64,000 nt of DNA from Macrostomum lignano (Eukaryota): assembly GCA_002269645.1 (NCBI GenBank), contig NIVC01001997.1, positions 1 to 64,000 on the forward strand. Direction: 5' to 3'. The notes beneath the pieces were generated by a model. It was not told the origin of the DNA and made no database searches. It was given only the letters and a program-made list of their open reading frames with translations. A program made the position numbers and the translations under genes. Numbering within the stretch: position 1 is the first letter of the stretch; the number at the start of each line of letters is the position of its first letter. Shown here piece by piece: positions 59,978-64,000 of this stretch.

Positions 59978-62585
59978 ATGGTGCAGCCAAACGAGGACCC
60001 AGCGGAGTCCACCGTCAACAAAAAATTGCTTTTAGAAGAAGAGGCAAAGAAAACGGAAGAGACTGGATCTAGTCAGGATGCCAATTCGTTGCCCAAGGAT
60101 TCGAAGGAAGAAGGTGAACAGTGATTTGGTAAATACTATTTTTAGTTTCGGTGCCTCAACCTGATTCTTATGAAGGTTTGAACAGAATTTTAATCTTTAT
60201 ACCCATGAATGTATAATAAACTTATTCAATGAATAAGTATTAGACACTGACAGCCCCATGAAGACCCTGTGAAGACACTGACAACCCTATGAAGACACTG
60301 ACAACCCTATGAAGACACTGACAACTCAATAAAGACACTGACAACCCTATGAAGACACTGACAACTCAATAAAGACACTGACAACCCTGTGAAGACACTG
60401 ACAACCCTATGAAGACACTGACAGCCCTATGAAGACACTGACAACCCTATGAAGACACTGACAACCCTATGAAGACACTGACAACTCAATAAAGACACTG
60501 ACAACCCTGTGAAGACACTGACAACCCTATGAAGACACTGACAACCCTATGAAGACACTGACAACCCTGCGAAGATACAGAGAACCCTGTAAAAACACTG
60601 ACAACCCTATGAGGACACTGAAAACTCTATAAAGACACTGACAGTTCTATAGAGACACTGACAACCCTGTGAAGACACTGACAACCCTGTGAAGACACTG
60701 ACAACCCAGTGAAGACACTGACAACCCTGTGAAGACACTGACAACTCAATAAAGACACTGACAACCCTGTGAAGACACTGACTGCCCTATGAAGGCTAAC
60801 AACTCAATAAAAATAATTCACTGACATCATTATAGAGGCACTTACATGTACAACCCTCATAGAAAGAGTTAAAGCCAGAAGCAATTAAACTAACTTTCAT
60901 CACCTGTAATTACCGCAGACTCCGACACCAGCAACCACAAGTTGCAACTCGAAGATCTACTCGACAAAGTCTGCGGTCCTGGCCGGTTCACCTGCCTACT
61001 TCTCGTTATCGGCTTCATTAACAACATCTGCCCGGGCGCGGTGTCCCTCGGCCACGCGCTGTTTCTGTACACGCCCAAGTTTCTGTGCGACGTCAACGCC
61101 ACACTGGCTGGCCTGGCCTCACCTTCGAATCTCCATGGCAACAGTAACGATTGCGACTTAACAGTCAGCGAAGACCAATGCAGCCTGACGCTTAGCAACT
61201 GTACCGCTTCGAATCTGCTGGGTCAGTTCGCCTGCACCGCTTGGAGCTTTGACTCTACTCACCTGGCTGTCACGGTGGTGACTCGGTTCATGCTGGTCTG
61301 CGACCGGGCTCCCCTGTCTCGCCTGCCCGCCACGCTGTACTTTGTCGGCTTCCTGATCGGCAGCACGAGCTACGGCCTGTTCAGCGACAAGATCGGCCGT
61401 CGGCTGGCCCTGCTGATTGCCACCCTGCACCTCAGCCTGTTCGCCTTCGTGTTGGCCGTCGTGCCGACCTTCCCGCTCCTGCTGGCTGCCGAGGTGCTGG
61501 CCGGCGCGGGCACCGCCGGGGTCATCACCGTGTCCTGCGCGCTGCTAGTCGAGCTGACGCCGAGGCGCCTTCGATCTCAGCTGCTGTTCAACGGGTCGCA
61601 CGGCTGGTGCATGGGGATCCTCACGATCGGCCTGGCCGCCTGGTTCATGCCGGACTATCGACACCAGCTCGCCGCCGCCGGCTGCATCGGCCTGCTTGGC
61701 GCTATCCTGTCTCCGTTTCTGGGCGAGTCGCCTCGCTGGCTGCTGGCCACCGACCGGCACCGCCAGGCCGGCCGGGCGCTGATTCGGATTGCCGGTTTGA
61801 ATCGACGCAGCGCGCCGAACGTCGAGCTGCTGCAGGGTCTGACGCCGCCAAAGACGGCAGCTACCGCCGAGTCCACCGGCATTTCTCAGCTATTCCGTAG
61901 GCCAGGACTCAGGCGCCTCACCCTGCTCAACTGGGCGCAGTTCTTCTCCATCGCCATGTGCTACTACGGAGTCGGCCTGAGCATCGGCAGCCTAGGCGGC
62001 AGCGTGGTGCTCAGCTGCATCCTCATGGCGCTGGTCGAGCCGCCCTCCCGGTTCCTGGGCGGCTTCCTGTGCACCCGCTTCGGCCGCAGGCCGGTGCTCG
62101 GCGTCTGCTTTGCCTGCATCGGCGCCGCCATCATCGCGTGCAGCCTCATCATCCAGCAGCCGGGCCTCGCCGCGGTGCGCACCGCCTGCGCCATCTTCGG
62201 CACCTTCTGGAGCTGCCTGGCCTTCACCACCGTGTGGCTGTACGCCAACGAGGCATTCCCGACCCCGGTGAGAGCGCTGGGCGCCGGCAGCGGCTCCACT
62301 CTGGCTCGAGTTGGCGCCTTGCTCAGCACTCTGGTTGCTATGCTGGACTCTTATTGGCCGCCGGCTCCGTTTGCCGTGTTTGGCAGCGTTGCTATGGCTA
62401 CTCTGCTCGTTGTCTACCTGCTGCCGGAGACGGGGGGCATGGTGGATCTGCCGGCCACCATGGACGAGGGCGACAGGCTGGGAAGGCTCATTGGCACCGG
62501 ATCTGGGAGCGGGAAGGCTGCCAAGAGTAGGGAGGTTGTGATGAAGCTGCCCGATGATGCTCAAGGCGTTCGGGAGGCTGTGTGA
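59978..62585 (+). CDS. SLC22-family organic cation/carnitine transporter, ~600 aa, 2 exons
   Basis: Exon 1 59978-60113, exon 2 60919-62585 (phase 1, 1803 nt). Cys-containing large loop 1, VVTRFMLVCDR, SDKIGRR, ESPRWL, RFGRR, EAFPT..R, LPET motifs. Confidence 0.92.
60240..60800. repeat. 20-bp array GAAGACACTGACAACCCTAT in the SLC22 intron
   Basis: About 27 units. Confidence 0.95.
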
Positions 62586-62619
62586 GAAGATTTGAGGGCG
62601 TCTCGGGTTGAAAAGCTTT

Positions 62620-63260
62620 CTCAGACAGATAGATCAGACTGGGGTTGGTGTCTCGGACAGATGGATCAGACTGGGGTTGGTGTCTCGGACAGAAGGAATC
62701 AGTCTGGGGTTGCTGTCTCGGAAAGATGGATCAGACTCGGATTTGTGTCTCTGACAGATAGATCAGACTGGGATTTGTGTCTCTGACAGATAGATCAGAC
62801 TGGGTTTGGTGTCTCGGACAGATGGATCAGACTGGGGTTGGTGTCTCGGACAGATGGATCAGACTGGGGTTGGTGTCTCGGACAGATGGATCAGACTGGA
62901 GTTGGTGTCTCGGACAGATGGATCAGACTGGGGTTGGTGTCTCGGACAGATATATCAGACTGGGGTTGGTGTCTCGGACAGATAGATTAGAGGGGGGTTG
63001 CTGTCTCGGACAGATAGATCAGACTGAGGTTGGTGTCTCGGACAGATAGATCAGACTGGGGTTGGTGTCTCGGACAGATAGATTAGAGGGAGGTTGGTGT
63101 CTCGGACAGATAGATCAGACTGGGGTTGGTGTCTCGGACAGATAGATTAGACTGGGGTTGGTGTCTCGGACAGTTAGATAGCTGATGTCTCGGACAGTTA
63201 GATAGCTGGTGTCTCGGACAGTTAGATAGCTGGTGTCTCGGACAGATAGATCAGAGAGAG
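62620..63260. repeat. 32-bp array CTCGGACAGATGGATCAGACTGGGGTTGGTGT after the SLC22 stop
   Basis: About 18 units, shortening to ~22-bp variants at the 3' end. Confidence 0.95.
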
Positions 63261-64000
63261 GGTTGGCTACAGCAGTAAAGATTGTTTCTTTTCTATTTTA
63301 AATATTTGCACAAACTTTTATTACCATTTTTCGGTTTATTCTTTATTTGCGAGAACCGCGAGAATATTTTTTTTTTGATTTCGAATTCATTATAAAATTT
63401 GTTAAAATTGCTGTAAAAATTAGTCAACAATTTTTATATTTTTAATTGCTTTTCTGCTCTACTGTCACGCTTTGTTATATTAGTAGTATGTTGTGGGCAT
63501 TTTGCTATTTCGTCAAAATGACAAAATGCACGGCAACGGCAAGAAGATAAGAAATAAAAATTAATTGTTTTGCTTGACTCTGTAAAGCATAGAAAAACTA
63601 TTCTGTCCCAGAATGTGCTGTATATGCTGTCTTCAGTTGCAAATCAACAACACAGTATTCTAATAAAAAACTACTAATTGAAATTATATTGAACGTCACG
63701 AAAATACAAAACCGAAAAACAAAATATGCAAGCTTTGTCGGCTGAAAAAATATGCAATCTCTTCAAGGGAAACTCAACCTAAAATTATCGTGGATTTCTG
63801 TGAGAGAGAAAACTCTCGATTCCCCCTCATTTTAGAATTTCCTTAGCCATCGGGGTTCCCACATGTTACGATTCTTCGTACAGTTACAAGAATTTAACCA
63901 GGTTCCCCATTGTTATAACTCGTTTCAGTCATCGGCGTTCCTCCATTTTTTGGGATTCCCCTCAGTCATTAGGATTCACTTGTCATTAGAATTCCCCTTA

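Noticed and set aside
28886-62564. Long overlapping or antisense ORFs on the SLC46 and SLC22 genes (e.g. 28886-29533, 61958-62530, 61992-62564)
   Set aside because: Expected shadow ORFs of GC3-rich coding sequence.
7808-63049. Most long low-complexity ORFs in the track (ALDKPRII, CLSRIFS, SSPLL, GLKQGSLL, SNLSLVDLFLV, MYNRIFRCTT etc.)
   Set aside because: They are translations of tandem arrays, usually open in several frames or on both strands, often with non-ATG starts and frequently inside introns.

Overview
Repeat-rich eukaryotic (invertebrate animal) genomic DNA, not prokaryotic. The GC-rich, intron-poor genes and the minisatellite load resemble a Macrostomum-type flatworm; this is an inference only. 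I could reconstruct these genes by hand: an orphan coiled-coil ORF (9527-9997), an SDR/retinol-dehydrogenase-like gene, a 6-exon M17 leucyl aminopeptidase, an intronless SLC46-family MFS transporter, a 6-exon TM7SF3, a GRXCR-like glutaredoxin, a 4-exon secreted fibrinogen-domain protein and a 2-exon SLC22-family transporter. Mobile DNA includes a 7998-bp CACTA/EnSpm element (14-bp TIRs, 2-bp TSD, frameshifted transposase, BEN-like second gene), several ~310-bp hAT-type MITEs and a CORE-type tRNA SINE. About 25 distinct tandem arrays are present and account for most of the long ORFs in the track. The most interesting signals are: (1) sharply bounded, 2-3.5 kb near-total CpG deserts next to putative transcription starts while genes and young TEs stay CpG-rich; (2) a possible operon/trans-splicing organisation, including a gene with no ATG of its own; (3) two sister MITEs whose internal hairpin is conserved in position and length but has a completely different sequence. 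All counts were made by eye and array boundaries are approximate.
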